From an uncultured Acidobacteriota bacterium (GTDB lineage: Bacteria; Acidobacteriota; Terriglobia; UBA7540): a stretch of DNA of 64,000 bases. Shown here in pieces: positions 17,566 through 28,267 of this stretch. Position 1 is the stretch's first letter. Each line of letters starts with the position of its first letter. Position numbers and translations under genes: made by a program. The notes under the pieces were generated by a model that did not search any database, was not told the origin of the DNA, and worked only from the letters and a program-made list of their open reading frames with translations. The stretch lies in assembly GCA_963804995.1 (NCBI GenBank), contig CAWDSK010000005.1:128001-192000 (forward strand), written 5' to 3'.

Positions 17566-18543
17566 TTGCTCTTTTTGCTCGTTGCGGGTGGGTCTTCTGC
17601 CTATTACTACTTTGTGTATAGGCCCGCGCACCAGGCGGTTGTCGAGTTCGCATACGTATTGGCCCCCAGCACGGAAATGGTGGATACGCCGGCCGAAGTG
17701 CGCATCGTGGTCGGCTCCTTGAAGGGCGGCGACCGCCTCGAAGTAATCAGCCGCACGCGCAACTGGGCGCGGGTCAAGACCTCCGAGGGGCTCACGGGTT
17801 GGGTGGAATTGAAGGACCTGCTCGATTCCCAAACCTATGAGGAAGGCCAGCAATTGCTCCGCGGGTTGGCCGGCCTTCTCGCCCAGGCCGACGGCCACAC
17901 CAGCGGCATCGTCAACCTGCGCCTGGAACCGTCGCGAGATGGAGCGCAGCTTGGCCAATTGACGGAAAGCCAGAAGGTGCAAGTTTTTGGCCGGCGTCTG
18001 GTGGACCGGCCCGCTCCGCCGGACCAACCGTCGGCGCCTAAGGTTCGTGACGCGTGGTATCTGGTTCGAGCCAACGGCCACGCGGGCTGGGTGCTGGGAC
18101 GGTTCGTTGCTCTCAACATCCCCGCCGCGTTGTCGCCCTATGCCCAGGGGTCGAACATGGTGGCATGGGTCGTCATCAAGACGGTTACCGATGGGGACCA
18201 ATCAGTTCCTGAGTATCTTGTCGCCGACCGCATGGGCACGCAAGATGTAGACTTCACCCACATCCGCGTTTTCACCTGGTGGGTGAAGAATCACCATTAC
18301 GTGACGGCTTACGTGGAGAGCGATTTGAAGGGTTTCTTTCCGATTCGCGTGGCGGTCCTCAATGGCGCTCCTTATTTCCGTTTGCGGCTGGTGGACGATC
18401 AGGGGGAAAAATTTCAGAAGGTGTACCGGATGTTTGACACTATTACTCGGGCCGTAGGGACAGTGCCGGGTTGGGAAAGTGACGCGTTGCCGACCGCCTC
18501 CCAGCCCCATCACCCCAAGCACCCGGGACGGCGAAAGAAATGA
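17566..18543 (+). CDS. Membrane-anchored tandem SH3 (SH3b)-domain protein
   Basis: TM then WARVKTSEGLTGWV and NLRLEPS..WYLV..GWV; frame probably starts at 17443 with an in-frame TGA at 17536. Confidence 0.8.
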   Translation: MLFLLVAGGSSAYYYFVYRPAHQAVVEFAYVLAPSTEMVDTPAEVRIVVGSLKGGDRLEVISRTRNWARVKTSEGLTGWVELKDLLDSQTYEEGQQLLRGLAGLLAQADGHTSGIVNLRLEPSRDGAQLGQLTESQKVQVFGRRLVDRPAPPDQPSAPKVRDAWYLVRANGHAGWVLGRFVALNIPAALSPYAQGSNMVAWVVIKTVTDGDQSVPEYLVADRMGTQDVDFTHIRVFTWWVKNHHYVTAYVESDLKGFFPIRVAVLNGAPYFRLRLVDDQGEKFQKVYRMFDTITRAVGTVPGWESDALPTASQPHHPKHPGRRKK

Positions 18544-19878
18544 GTGAACCAGGCCCAGGAAACTCCGCGAGGCGTGGAATTTGCCGGCGGCTCGTCCGCG
18601 GGTGGCTTGCTTTGTTGTCCCGCAAGATCCGCGTGCTGCGCGCCGGGGACGTGAACGAGCAAGGCCCCACACTGTTGGCGGTCAGTCACCCCGCGAGCTT
18701 TTGGGATGCGTTGATTCTGGCCACTGCCTTTGAGCGCCCCGCCTGCTGCCTGGTGCCAAGGGAAACGGTCGAGGGCCCGCTCGCCAGGTTCTTAGCCCGT
18801 GGCTTGGGCATGATTCTTTCTGAAAGTGCAGGAGGTCCTGCGGAGGAATCAATACAGGCGGCGGTCGGGGTTCTGGCAGGCGGGGGAAGCTTGGTGGTGT
18901 TTGCTGATCAAACCCCCGCGTCGCAGGCCACGGCCGGCGCATTTGCCTCCCGGGTGGCCTCCCTGGTGGGGAACGCGGAGTCACAGCTTGCCGGGCGCCA
19001 GGTGACGATCCATCCTGTGCACCTTTTCCTGTCCTCGTCGCAATCGCGCGAGTTGTTGATTTACATTGATTCCGCCTTGGTTCGCCCGGCGGCTGGTCAA
19101 GCTGCTGACGGGGCTACGTCCATCGTCGCCCAGCTCAATGCAAGTTTTCAAGAGAACGCCTTCCGGCTTGCCCCCGCAGACCTCGAATACTTTCTCGCCG
19201 ATCTTGAGGAAGTGCTGCGCGCTGGTCTGGAGCAGGACTGGTCGTCACGTCCGAACTGGAAACAAGATACCGAGGGTTTTGTGCTGAGCCGGTTTGTGGC
19301 CGACTGGGTCCGGCAGACAAACACCTTGAATCCGGGACGGCTTGTAGGCCTGCGCGAGTCACTGGAGAGCTATCGCCGGTCTCAAGCAGCAGTTGGCCTT
19401 GGGTAAGTTGAAGGTCGAGTCGGCGAGCTCCTGGATGCACTCCCGCCTGCGCCGGGCGATGGTGTGGCTGGAAACCATAGTCGGCCTGCCGATTGCCCTC
19501 TATGGCCTTGTGAATCACCTGGTAATTGGAGCGGTACTGTTTCTGAGCGGTTCGTTCAAAAAGGACAATTCCCGTGACCGTACCACAGAGTGGGTGATTC
19601 GCGGCGCAGTTGCATTGGCGGGGTATGCTGTCCAAGTCTTCTTCGTGGCGCATAGGTGGGGGAGAGCCGCAGCGGGGTATTACGCTCCGACCTTGCCGGC
19701 AACGGGCCTCTACCTGTGGAGATACCTGTGGTTGCTCGAACACCAGACCCGCCCCTTGGTCACCTCATTCAGGAGTCCGGCTTCGACCTTGAAAGCCCAA
19801 CGCCTGCGGGAGGCGTTCCTGGAAGAACTTGATAAAGTATTGACTGATTACGAGGCTAGAGCGAGTGTTCCGCGGTGA
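18540..19878 (+). CDS. PlsC-like acyltransferase with C-terminal TM region; +1 indel at ~19380
   Basis: SHPASFWD (Hx4D) motif; two overlapping ORFs join into one protein. Confidence 0.7.
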
Positions 19879-19951
19879 GGGTGTAGGCGGCGGTCCACCC
19901 TCTGTCGCCGCAGCGACCGAGGGCTGAACATTCGAATCGATGGAGCAAAGT

Positions 19952-20090
19952 GTAGCGCAGACCTCCGGGGTTGAGGTCTGCGGTTCTTCATTCGATTCAC
20001 GCTATGAACCTCGCGGGCGGCGCTCAGGGTTGAGATCCGAGATTTTTCACACGAAGAGCCGCGGACCTCAACCCCGGAGGTCCGCGCTAC
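19952..20090. repeat. 139-bp REPIN (GTAGCGCRGACCTC family)
   Basis: Same length and ends as 15883-16021; hairpin sequences differ while staying paired. Confidence 0.85.
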
Positions 20091-20258
20091 GATGGCTCCG
20101 AAGGGAACATCGAGAAATCAAATTAACTCGCACCTCGGTGCGCGCGGCGACTGAGGGGCCGGGGTGAAAGGGTTCGAGGGTCAATCTGGGACCTTCCCAG
20201 CTCACGTGAACAGTATTGGATTTCCCGAGGCGTTCTCACCTAATCCTGCGAGGCACAC

Positions 20259-21215
20259 ATGGCACTCTTTCTTTCGGAAGCCAACGTCCGCGACCTTCTG
20301 CCGATGGAACGCGCACTGGAGTGTGTTGAGGCGAGTTTTGTGGCGCAGGGCAGCGGCAAGGCCACAAACCGTCCGCGCGAGCGTATTTTGTTGCCGCAGG
20401 TGTCTTTGCACTACATGGCGGGGGCGCTGCCGGAGTTAAAGCAGATCGGAATGAAAATCTACACGGTCACGGCAGAGGCCCTGAGATTTATCGTTCTGCT
20501 TTTTGACACTGAGAGCGGCAAGCTTCAGGCTTTGATCCAGGCTGACCACCTGGGGCGCATCCGCACCGGCGCTGCCAGCGGTATCGCCACCAAGTACCTG
20601 GCGCGCCCCGAAGCCTCGCGGGTGGGGTTGATCGGCACAGGCCGTCAGGCGCGCACTCAGCTTGAGGCTATCGCCAAAGTCAGAAAACTTTCCGGGGTGA
20701 AAGTCTTCGGCCGCGACGCGAATCGGTTGAAAAGCTTTTGCAGTGAAATGGCGGAACAACTGGGTGTTGCCGTCGAACCTGCGCCCAGCCCCGAGGCAGC
20801 CACCCGATTTGGTGAGATTGTGACTACGGCGACCTCTGCTCAGCAGCCTGTTGTGCACGGCGAGTGGTTCGAGCCAGGGACACACCTGAATGCCATAGGG
20901 GCGAACATGCCCAATCGCCGAGAACTGGACGATCAAGTCCTTACGCGCGCGGGTCTTATTACGGTGGACTCTGTGGAGCAGAGCCGGGAGGAATCCGGCG
21001 ACCTTATCCAGGGGTTCAAGAATTTGGGGCGAAGCTGGGATGCGGTTGTGGAACTCCACGCCGTTGTGACCGGCAAGCATGCGGGCCGGTCCTCCAAGGA
21101 GCAGGTCACCCTGTTCAAGTCACATGGTATTGCCTTGTGGGATGTTGCCGTGGCGAGCTATATCTACCGGCGCGCGCGGGAAGAAGGAAGAGGGAAGGCG
21201 ATGGAGATCGATTAA
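20259..21215 (+). CDS. Ornithine cyclodeaminase / mu-crystallin family protein
   Basis: RTGAASGIATKYLA, IGTGRQA, HLNAIGA, FKSHGIALWD. Confidence 0.9.
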   Translation: MALFLSEANVRDLLPMERALECVEASFVAQGSGKATNRPRERILLPQVSLHYMAGALPELKQIGMKIYTVTAEALRFIVLLFDTESGKLQALIQADHLGRIRTGAASGIATKYLARPEASRVGLIGTGRQARTQLEAIAKVRKLSGVKVFGRDANRLKSFCSEMAEQLGVAVEPAPSPEAATRFGEIVTTATSAQQPVVHGEWFEPGTHLNAIGANMPNRRELDDQVLTRAGLITVDSVEQSREESGDLIQGFKNLGRSWDAVVELHAVVTGKHAGRSSKEQVTLFKSHGIALWDVAVASYIYRRAREEGRGKAMEID

Positions 21216-21226
21216 CGAGCCGGCCT

Positions 21227-21598
21227 TTAACTTGCTGCTTTCTTCTGCGGGGCCTCCGTCTGGATTTCAATCTTCTTGGCCATGATTTCTCCGCTCTCGG
21301 CCAAATCACCCGCCACGCTGATCCTTATTCCGACATGCAAATCTTTGGCCGTGCCGGGGGTGCCATCCTTCTTCTTTATTTCCGTCGTGTCGCTGTAACG
21401 AACGTGGAAGATGATGTTTTCCTCCGTGCTCACCGTAAGCCTCTCTCCCGCGATGGCGGTGATCTTGCCTTCCAGCGTAAAGTTCATGTCCTGAGCTGCG
21501 AAGGCTGAGGCCATGGGGGGAGCGGTCAGCGGTGTCGAGGGAAGTTGCAGAACCAGCAGCAGGAAACCAACTATTGCAGCTATGAGGTTTGAGCGCAT
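21227..21598 (-). CDS. Secreted OB-fold-like protein (DUF5666-like)
   Basis: AGGAG RBS, signal peptide, LEGKITAI..DLHVGIRISVAG..AKKIEI. Confidence 0.65.
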   Translation of the reverse strand: MRSNLIAAIVGFLLLVLQLPSTPLTAPPMASAFAAQDMNFTLEGKITAIAGERLTVSTEENIIFHVRYSDTTEIKKKDGTPGTAKDLHVGIRISVAGDLAESGEIMAKKIEIQTEAPQKKAAS

Positions 21599-21742
21599 CG
21601 GTATTCTCCTTGTCTTAACCAATGCGCGTATTCTACCGCTTCCTGGGAGTGTTGTCGCAGATTCGAGAGAGGAATTCCTGAGTGAAGCCTCGCGAGACGG
21701 AAGTAATTCTAAATCTCTGAAATCCTAGAGCCCCGAGGACAA

Positions 21743-22075
21743 TTATTGATCAGGGAAGCTGACTCCGAGCAGACTGGTTACTTCCTGAGAGTATTCAACA
21801 CCCACTTCGCCCGCCCGCGGAGTTCCTTCGCGGCCAATCCAGACCACTTTAAAAACCCCGGACTTGTGCCCGTGCCGGGGCTGGACCTTCACGTGCATCC
21901 CGACATGCAGGGGCAAACGCGTCTTCACCTTCGCCCCAAACTTGCTGATGGTAATGATCTGTGTGTCTTCCGCGAATGGCTGGTTGTTCGCCAATATCCC
22001 TGAGATTTTTACAGGGCACCCAATGTTGACGCGCCCGCTTCGGCGCACGGGGAGCGAACTGGTGGTTTTTCCCAT
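21743..22075 (-). CDS. PilZ-like domain protein
   Basis: RRSGR (RxxxR) and ISKFGA, VVW, GVEY pattern. Confidence 0.65.
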   Translation of the reverse strand: MGKTTSSLPVRRSGRVNIGCPVKISGILANNQPFAEDTQIITISKFGAKVKTRLPLHVGMHVKVQPRHGHKSGVFKVVWIGREGTPRAGEVGVEYSQEVTSLLGVSFPDQ

Positions 22076-22234
22076 GGCGTACCTCGCTAACACTCTGCCC
22101 GGATAAAGTGCAAGAACCCGAGCCTAATTGTGAAGCAGAACTAGCCCGTATTCCAGTCCACAATATAGAATAACACACCCGGAGCCTCGGGGCGAGGCAG
22201 GCGAGGATCCGGGATTAAGGAGGGACTCTCCCGA

Positions 22235-22684
22235 ATGCGAGCGGTGGTGCAGCGAGTCAAGCGGGCGGAAGTTCGAGTGGGAGAAGAGGTCGTGGGCCGG
22301 ATTGAGGCAGGCCTTCTGGTACTGGTCGGGGTGGGAAAGACCGACACCCAGGCGAGTGGAGAGGTCCTGGCGGAGAAGATCGCGAATCTGCGGGTCTTTG
22401 ATGACGACCAGGGAAAGATGAATCGCTCGCTGCTGGAGGCCGGAGGACAGGCCCTGTGCGTGTCTCAGTTCACGCTCTACGGTGATTGCCGAAAGGGCAG
22501 GCGGCCGAGTTACGATCAGGCGGCTCCACCTGACGAGGCCCTGCGCCTTTACGAGCGTTTCGTTGAATCCCTGCGCAAAATCGGCGTCCGGACTGAGACG
22601 GGGCGATTCCGCGCCATGATGGATGTGGAACTTGTCAACGACGGGCCCGTGACCTTGTTGCTCGATTCGGACCGGCAGTTCTGA
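22235..22684 (+). CDS. dtd: D-aminoacyl-tRNA deacylase
   Basis: [19 protein letters not shown]. Confidence 0.96.
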   Translation: MRAVVQRVKRAEVRVGEEVVGRIEAGLLVLVGVGKTDTQASGEVLAEKIANLRVFDDDQGKMNRSLLEAGGQALCVSQFTLYGDCRKGRRPSYDQAAPPDEALRLYERFVESLRKIGVRTETGRFRAMMDVELVNDGPVTLLLDSDRQF

Positions 22685-22789
22685 CGGAAGGAGTTAGGAG
22701 CTAGAAGTAAGAATGGCGTGAGCCCGGTCCTGCCTACTACCTCCTCACTCCTAACTCCTAACTCCAACTTCCAACTTCTAACTCCTGCT

Positions 22790-23611
22790 TCAGAGTACGA
22801 TTTCCAGGACCTCAAAGGCGGCGCGAGTGTTGGGGAAGCGAGCCCAGGCACATTTCTGAATTTCGTCGATGGCCTGATCGCTGCTGTCCGGGTCGTGGTG
22901 GAAAAGGATCAGTTGTTTGACTCCACTCTCCTGGCACACGCTCACCCCTTCTTCCCAGGTGCTGTGACCCCAGCCTTTCTTGTCGTTGTTAAGTTGAGAG
23001 CGTGAGTACTGGGCATCATAAATCAGGATGTCAGCGCCGCGGCTAAGCTCGCGAATGGTCTGGTCGCTTCGAGGGTTCCCCGGTTCGTTATCGGTGGCAT
23101 AGACAACCGATTTCCCATTGTTCTCAATGCGGAAAGTCAAGCAACCTTGCGGATGATTGACCATGCCAGACCGGATGCGGAAATCATCGAGTTCGAAGGG
23201 GTCCACGCCAATTTCCGTATAGCGGCGCTGGGCATGCATAGCGGTCATGTCCACGGGGAAGTAGGGGTTGCTCATCTGCCCCCCCAGGGTACCCTCAAGG
23301 GAGATATCATGAGGTCGATAGGAATACATGTGGAATTGATTGGCCGGGTTGTACAAAGGGACGAAAAAGGGCAGCCCCTGGATGTGATCCCAATGAAAAT
23401 GGCTGATCAGGATATTGGCGCGGATCGGCTGGCCTCGGAACTCCTTCATCAGCGCCTTCCCAAGCATTCTCAGGCCGCTGCCGCAATCCACGATAAGCAA
23501 GGAGCCGGCGTCCGAGCGCAATTCCAGGCAGGGCGTGTTTCCACCATACCGCAAGTTCTCGGGTTGCGGGGTTGGTGTAGAACCCCGGACCCCCCAAAAC
23601 TTCAGCCGCAT
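22790..23611 (-). CDS. MBL-fold metallo-hydrolase
   Basis: WGVRGS, YGGNT, SHFHWDHIQG, WGHS, FHHDP. Confidence 0.9.
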   Translation of the reverse strand: MRLKFWGVRGSTPTPQPENLRYGGNTPCLELRSDAGSLLIVDCGSGLRMLGKALMKEFRGQPIRANILISHFHWDHIQGLPFFVPLYNPANQFHMYSYRPHDISLEGTLGGQMSNPYFPVDMTAMHAQRRYTEIGVDPFELDDFRIRSGMVNHPQGCLTFRIENNGKSVVYATDNEPGNPRSDQTIRELSRGADILIYDAQYSRSQLNNDKKGWGHSTWEEGVSVCQESGVKQLILFHHDPDSSDQAIDEIQKCAWARFPNTRAAFEVLEIVL

Positions 23612-23769
23612 ACGGTTTTCCTCTGTATAACCACCTGGGAGAGCGCCGTTAATTCGTATACCAGATTATTGAGTTGACGCCAAGAGGAAAGTTGCAAGAA
23701 AGGCGTTTGGCACCCTTTTTGAGGGGTTCCGATGGTGGCCTGTGGCCCCGCCCTACTTCTTGTCCAGGG

Positions 23770-25308
23770 TCACGGGGAGACTGGTCCGAGATGGTCGTGA
23801 CGAAAGAGAATCTGGATTTCTTTGCGCCACGAATCGTTTATGCCCAGCAGGATGACCTCAATCTTGCTGTCAAAATACCGCAGGACCTTCTCATTCGTCG
23901 AATGGAAGCGGAAGGCGGGCGAGACCAGATACAGCAACGGAGCCTCTCGGGAAAGCTCGTAACCCTGGAAATACCCGAACTCTTGAAATTGGTTGCGGTC
24001 TTGCAGCCACTTTACGCGCAACCAGTAATCCAGCCCCTGGAGGGGCAGGTTGATTTCCTCATGAACCTTCAACTCAACCACGGCCAGACGGCCTCGGCGG
24101 GTCGCGGCCAGAATATCGATGATGCCGCGATCGGTTCCTGAAAAGGCCGGAACTTGGGGATACACCCGGTCGGGCGACAGCGCGGGATCAAGACGCGTGA
24201 TGTCCGCGAGGAGCAGGCTTTCCAGCCAACGCTCGGATTGCAGCCGGTAGAGCTCATCCTGAGGATCGGGGCTGCCAGCGCGGCGGACCTGGCGAACCCG
24301 GCTGAGAAAATCCCTGAACTCGCCGCGCCGGGATTCGTCCAGCCGGCGGAAGTTGCCCTCCAAGCCGAAGTAGATGCGCGGTGCGAGTTGCCCCTCCACG
24401 CGCGCCACTTCCAACCCGGCGATACGCAGCGACAGGAAGGTGGCGGCGGAGTCAGGAATGATGGCGACGTGCTCGAACAAGTTCCCCAGTAGTTCCCTGA
24501 GCAGGCCTTGGTGTTGGTCTATCAATAGCTCCGCCTGGCGGCGGGGGGCGAGGCGGGTTTCAACATTGCCGTAATCATTCAGGTCGACGGGGATGGGAGA
24601 TTGCTGGCCCACATGCCAATCATAGATTTCCAGATGCAGCGCCGTGCGATTCAGGTGGGCGGCGCGATGCGCAATCACGCTGATCGCCGCCGGCGGCAAG
24701 AACAACTTCAAGCCTGCAACCACGACGCGGTCGGAGCGGCTGCGCAGCCAGTCCAACCAAATCAAGCCGAAAGCCAGAACGGCGTCCGCGGCGGCAGGGC
24801 CTTCCTCTTCGCTGAGGCCCAGAAATGCCCAGGCCGTCGTGCCTTGCCTTGCCACCCCACGCGTGTACCAGGCGGAAAAGGAATACTCGCGGTCGGAGCG
24901 ACTGCCCACGCGGTCGAATTGCCACCCCCGGTATTCGCGCTGTAGCATGGAGAGCAACTGCTCGCCAAATCTCCTGCGCCCCGTAGCGCGTGCCACGACG
25001 GGTGATGATCGGAGGTCACGAAACTCCAGGGTGGTGGTTTCTCGGGCCCCACGTTTGCGCACAAAAATTCCAAAGCAGTCGCGGTCGCGATAGGCCACCT
25101 CCTCCACTCGCCGGGAGATGGACTTTCCCGAATTCCAGGCGCTGAAGATCAGCTTGCCAAATTCGATCGTCAGCCGCCAGCTTGCGGACGTGAGGTCCAG
25201 CAGCGCGATATCGTCTTCCATCAGGATGGGATGAGGAACGAGCCTGAGGAAGGACTCGATCTCGCTTTGGAGCTCGCGTAGCTGCTCGGGTTTGGGAGAA
25301 GATGGCAT
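23770..25308 (-). CDS. Hypothetical protein with C-terminal PD-(D/E)XK (NucS-like) nuclease domain
   Basis: ERWLESLL..YPQV..IDILA..LAVVELK..QGLDY. Confidence 0.65.
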   Translation of the reverse strand: MPSSPKPEQLRELQSEIESFLRLVPHPILMEDDIALLDLTSASWRLTIEFGKLIFSAWNSGKSISRRVEEVAYRDRDCFGIFVRKRGARETTTLEFRDLRSSPVVARATGRRRFGEQLLSMLQREYRGWQFDRVGSRSDREYSFSAWYTRGVARQGTTAWAFLGLSEEEGPAAADAVLAFGLIWLDWLRSRSDRVVVAGLKLFLPPAAISVIAHRAAHLNRTALHLEIYDWHVGQQSPIPVDLNDYGNVETRLAPRRQAELLIDQHQGLLRELLGNLFEHVAIIPDSAATFLSLRIAGLEVARVEGQLAPRIYFGLEGNFRRLDESRRGEFRDFLSRVRQVRRAGSPDPQDELYRLQSERWLESLLLADITRLDPALSPDRVYPQVPAFSGTDRGIIDILAATRRGRLAVVELKVHEEINLPLQGLDYWLRVKWLQDRNQFQEFGYFQGYELSREAPLLYLVSPAFRFHSTNEKVLRYFDSKIEVILLGINDSWRKEIQILFRHDHLGPVSP

Positions 25309-25458
25309 GACGTGGCGGTTGGTATTATAGTCATACGCCGCTGGCGAATGCGCGGGAGGTTTCCGAGGCTTACATGCTTCTGGAGATATACCAACGCCGG
25401 CAAGTGGCAATGCGTTTGACGCCACCAGAGTATTTCTCCGTTTCAGGAGCCGCCACCT

Positions 25459-27579
25459 ATGAGCAAACGTCTCCTTTTCCTCTTACTACCGTCTCTTCTC
25501 GTTTTCCGCATAGCTTTTGCGCAAGACACCGAATACCGGCCCAAGGGCTCGCAGATCCCAGGGCCAGCGCGCGCCGCAGATTTCCCGAAATGGCTCGAGG
25601 ACGTGCAGCACTGGCGCATGGAACGGCGAATCCGCCTCGGTTATGACGGGGCGCAATACGAGCGGCCGGAGCTCCTGTGGACCCAATCAAGCTTCATCCA
25701 GCCGCAGATGATGATTCACGATCGATATTTCTACGATCCCGTCGCGGGCAAGTACACCGTCGACCGTTATCTCAATGACTTGGAACAGCGTTACGGGGGC
25801 ATCGACAGCGTGCTGATCTGGCAGTCGTATTCCAATATCGGGATCGACAACCGCAATCAGTACGATATGGCACGCGACATGCCAGGTGGCATTGAGGGAT
25901 TGCGGCAGATGGTTGCCGACTTCCACCGGCGCGGCGTGCCGGTGCTTTTTCCGGTGATGGTTTGGGACCAGGGCACTCGTGACGAAGGCGTGCCGAACTC
26001 GACCGCTACGGCTCGCCTGCTGGCTCAAATCGGAGCCGACGGCGTGAATGGCGACACGATGGACGCGGTGCCGCGCACCTTCCGGACGGCCTCCGATGCG
26101 ACCGGCCACCCACTGGCGCTGGAGCCCGAAGACCTGACGAATGACCTGGGCCTCGAGTGGAACAACTTGAGTTGGGGCTACTGGGATTATTCCTTCATTC
26201 CCACGGTCAGCAAGTACAAGTGGCTGGAGCCCCGCCACATGGTGAACATCTGCCGCCGCTGGGGGCGCGATAAGACCGATGACTTGCAGCACGCGTTCTT
26301 TAACGGGGTCGGCTACGAGAGCTGGGAAAACATTTGGGGCATCTGGAACCAGATCACGCCACGCGATGCTGAAGCCTTGCGGAGAATTGCGACTATCGAG
26401 CGCGCCATGGCTCCGGTGCTGGTCAGCACGGATTGGGAGCCGCACACACCCACACTGCAATATGGTGTTTTCGCGAGCAAGTTTCCCGGAAAGGGTCGGA
26501 TCCTGTGGACGATCGTCAATCGCAATGAATATGACATGCCGGGCCGGCAGATGGAAGTCCCGCACGCGCCGGGCACACGCTACTACGACTTGTGGCATGG
26601 CGTCGAGTTGAAGGCGGATATTCAGGGAAGCACTGCCACGCTGAGCTTCGAGGTGGAGGCGCACGGTTACGGAGCCGTGCTCGCACTGACCAGTGAGCCG
26701 GACGAGTCATTGCACAAGCTGCTGGCGCGCATGAGCGAGCTTTCCCAGAAGCGCTTACAGGATTTTTCCCACGAATGGAAATTCTTGCCGCAACAACTTG
26801 TGGAAATCGCCGCGACGAAACCCGCCTCCACAGCGCCTGCGGGAATGGTGCGAATTCCGGCCGGAAAGTTTGATTTTCGCGTATCGGGCATCGAAATCGA
26901 AGGTGAGAACGATATCGGCGTCGACGTGCAATACCCCTGGGAAGACGCCCCGCGGCGGAACCATGCGAAGGCGCTCGATATGAGGCCGTTCTATATCGAC
27001 AAGTTTCCAGTGACCAACGCGGAGTTCAAGAAGTTCCTCGCCGCCACGCACTACCGCCCCAAGGACGAACGCAACTTCCTGCGCGACTGGAAAAACCAGA
27101 TGTATCCGGAGGGCGGGGCGAAGAAACCAGTCACCTGGGTTGGGCTCGAAGACGCGCGCGCCTACGCCGCGTGGGCGGGCAAGCGCCTGCCGCATGAGTG
27201 GGAGTGGCAATACGCCGCCCAGGGAACTGACGGCCGCCTGTACCCATGGGGCAACGAGTGGAACGCCTCCGCCGTGCCCCCGGCGGAAACGCGCCGCGTG
27301 ATGCGCGCTCCCTCCGACGTGGACGCTTACCCTAAGGGGGAAAGCCCCTTTGGAGTGATAGACCTGGTCGGCAATGTCTGGCAATGGACAGAAGAATTCA
27401 CCGACGAGCACACGCGCGCGGGCATCCTGCGGGGCGGAAGCTATTATCAGCCGCAGGGCTCAAGCTGGTATTTCCCGCAGGCCTACAAGTTGAATGAGCA
27501 CGGGAAATATCTGCTCATCGGTCCCAGCCTGGACCGCTCCGCCGCCGTAGGGTTCCGCTGCGTGGTAGATGCGGAGTGA
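25459..27579 (+). CDS. Secreted protein: glycoside-hydrolase-like N-terminus plus FGE-sulfatase (SUMF1) domain
   Basis: Signal peptide; VTNAEF, RLPHEWEWQYAA, GNVWQW, RGGSY, GFRC. Confidence 0.85.
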   Translation: MSKRLLFLLLPSLLVFRIAFAQDTEYRPKGSQIPGPARAADFPKWLEDVQHWRMERRIRLGYDGAQYERPELLWTQSSFIQPQMMIHDRYFYDPVAGKYTVDRYLNDLEQRYGGIDSVLIWQSYSNIGIDNRNQYDMARDMPGGIEGLRQMVADFHRRGVPVLFPVMVWDQGTRDEGVPNSTATARLLAQIGADGVNGDTMDAVPRTFRTASDATGHPLALEPEDLTNDLGLEWNNLSWGYWDYSFIPTVSKYKWLEPRHMVNICRRWGRDKTDDLQHAFFNGVGYESWENIWGIWNQITPRDAEALRRIATIERAMAPVLVSTDWEPHTPTLQYGVFASKFPGKGRILWTIVNRNEYDMPGRQMEVPHAPGTRYYDLWHGVELKADIQGSTATLSFEVEAHGYGAVLALTSEPDESLHKLLARMSELSQKRLQDFSHEWKFLPQQLVEIAATKPASTAPAGMVRIPAGKFDFRVSGIEIEGENDIGVDVQYPWEDAPRRNHAKALDMRPFYIDKFPVTNAEFKKFLAATHYRPKDERNFLRDWKNQMYPEGGAKKPVTWVGLEDARAYAAWAGKRLPHEWEWQYAAQGTDGRLYPWGNEWNASAVPPAETRRVMRAPSDVDAYPKGESPFGVIDLVGNVWQWTEEFTDEHTRAGILRGGSYYQPQGSSWYFPQAYKLNEHGKYLLIGPSLDRSAAVGFRCVVDAE

Positions 27580-27770
27580 TTTCAACTTCGGAGGAGTATG
27601 TCATCCTGGGGCAAATGGGATTGCAGCCCGGAAAGCAGAGCCTGGTGGGAGAAGACGGCCATCAGTATGACCGGCTGGAAGCCGTCAATCCCGAGACCCA
27701 CTTGCAAGTGATTCTTTATTTCAACGTCGATCGGCCCTTGGGGCACCTCGAAAAGCTCTTTAAGAAATAG
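27576..27770 (+). pseudogene. C-terminal fragment of a DUF4919-like protein
   Basis: (V)ISTSEEYVILG..QSL..YDRL..LYFNV resembles that family's C-terminus; N-terminus absent. Confidence 0.45.
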
Positions 27771-27784
27771 GAAGGGGAGCTCTA

Positions 27785-28213
27785 GTGCAGATTTCGGATG
27801 AATACTCGTCGCTCGACCTGAAGCTGGCGGAAACAATTCCTGAGGGAATCCCCGGCGCGGGTGACCTGCGACTGGACGTTGAGGTCCACGTCGCGCAATT
27901 CACGGGGCGCAACGAGACGGTTTGGGTGAGCCAGGTGGAATTCGAGCGGTTTCTTTTGGATCTGCAGCGCCTTCAGGAATCGCGCTCGGGTGCGGCAGAG
28001 CTTGCCAGCATGAGCCCTGAAAAATTCCATCTTGGGGTGCGTGTGGCGGATTCCGCGGGACACGTGGAGGTTGTAGGGGAATTAGGCAAAGTGCATTGGG
28101 GAGGGCGCGCCCGGCGGTCGCTCAAGAATCAGATCGCCTTCGCGATGGACTTTGATCCCACTCATCTTGCGAGCCTGCTGGAAGACTTTCGCGGGCTCCG
28201 CACCATGCTCTGA
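27785..28213 (+). CDS. Hypothetical protein, WapI-like immunity fold suspected
   Basis: Strong RBS; VWV..FERFLLDL..SGAAEL.S..D..GHVEV.G pattern. Confidence 0.55.
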   Translation: MQISDEYSSLDLKLAETIPEGIPGAGDLRLDVEVHVAQFTGRNETVWVSQVEFERFLLDLQRLQESRSGAAELASMSPEKFHLGVRVADSAGHVEVVGELGKVHWGGRARRSLKNQIAFAMDFDPTHLASLLEDFRGLRTML

Positions 28214-28267
28214 CTTTGATTCCGCCCGTGCGGAGGGCTCGAAACTGCGGGGCCCGGTTACGCTAGT

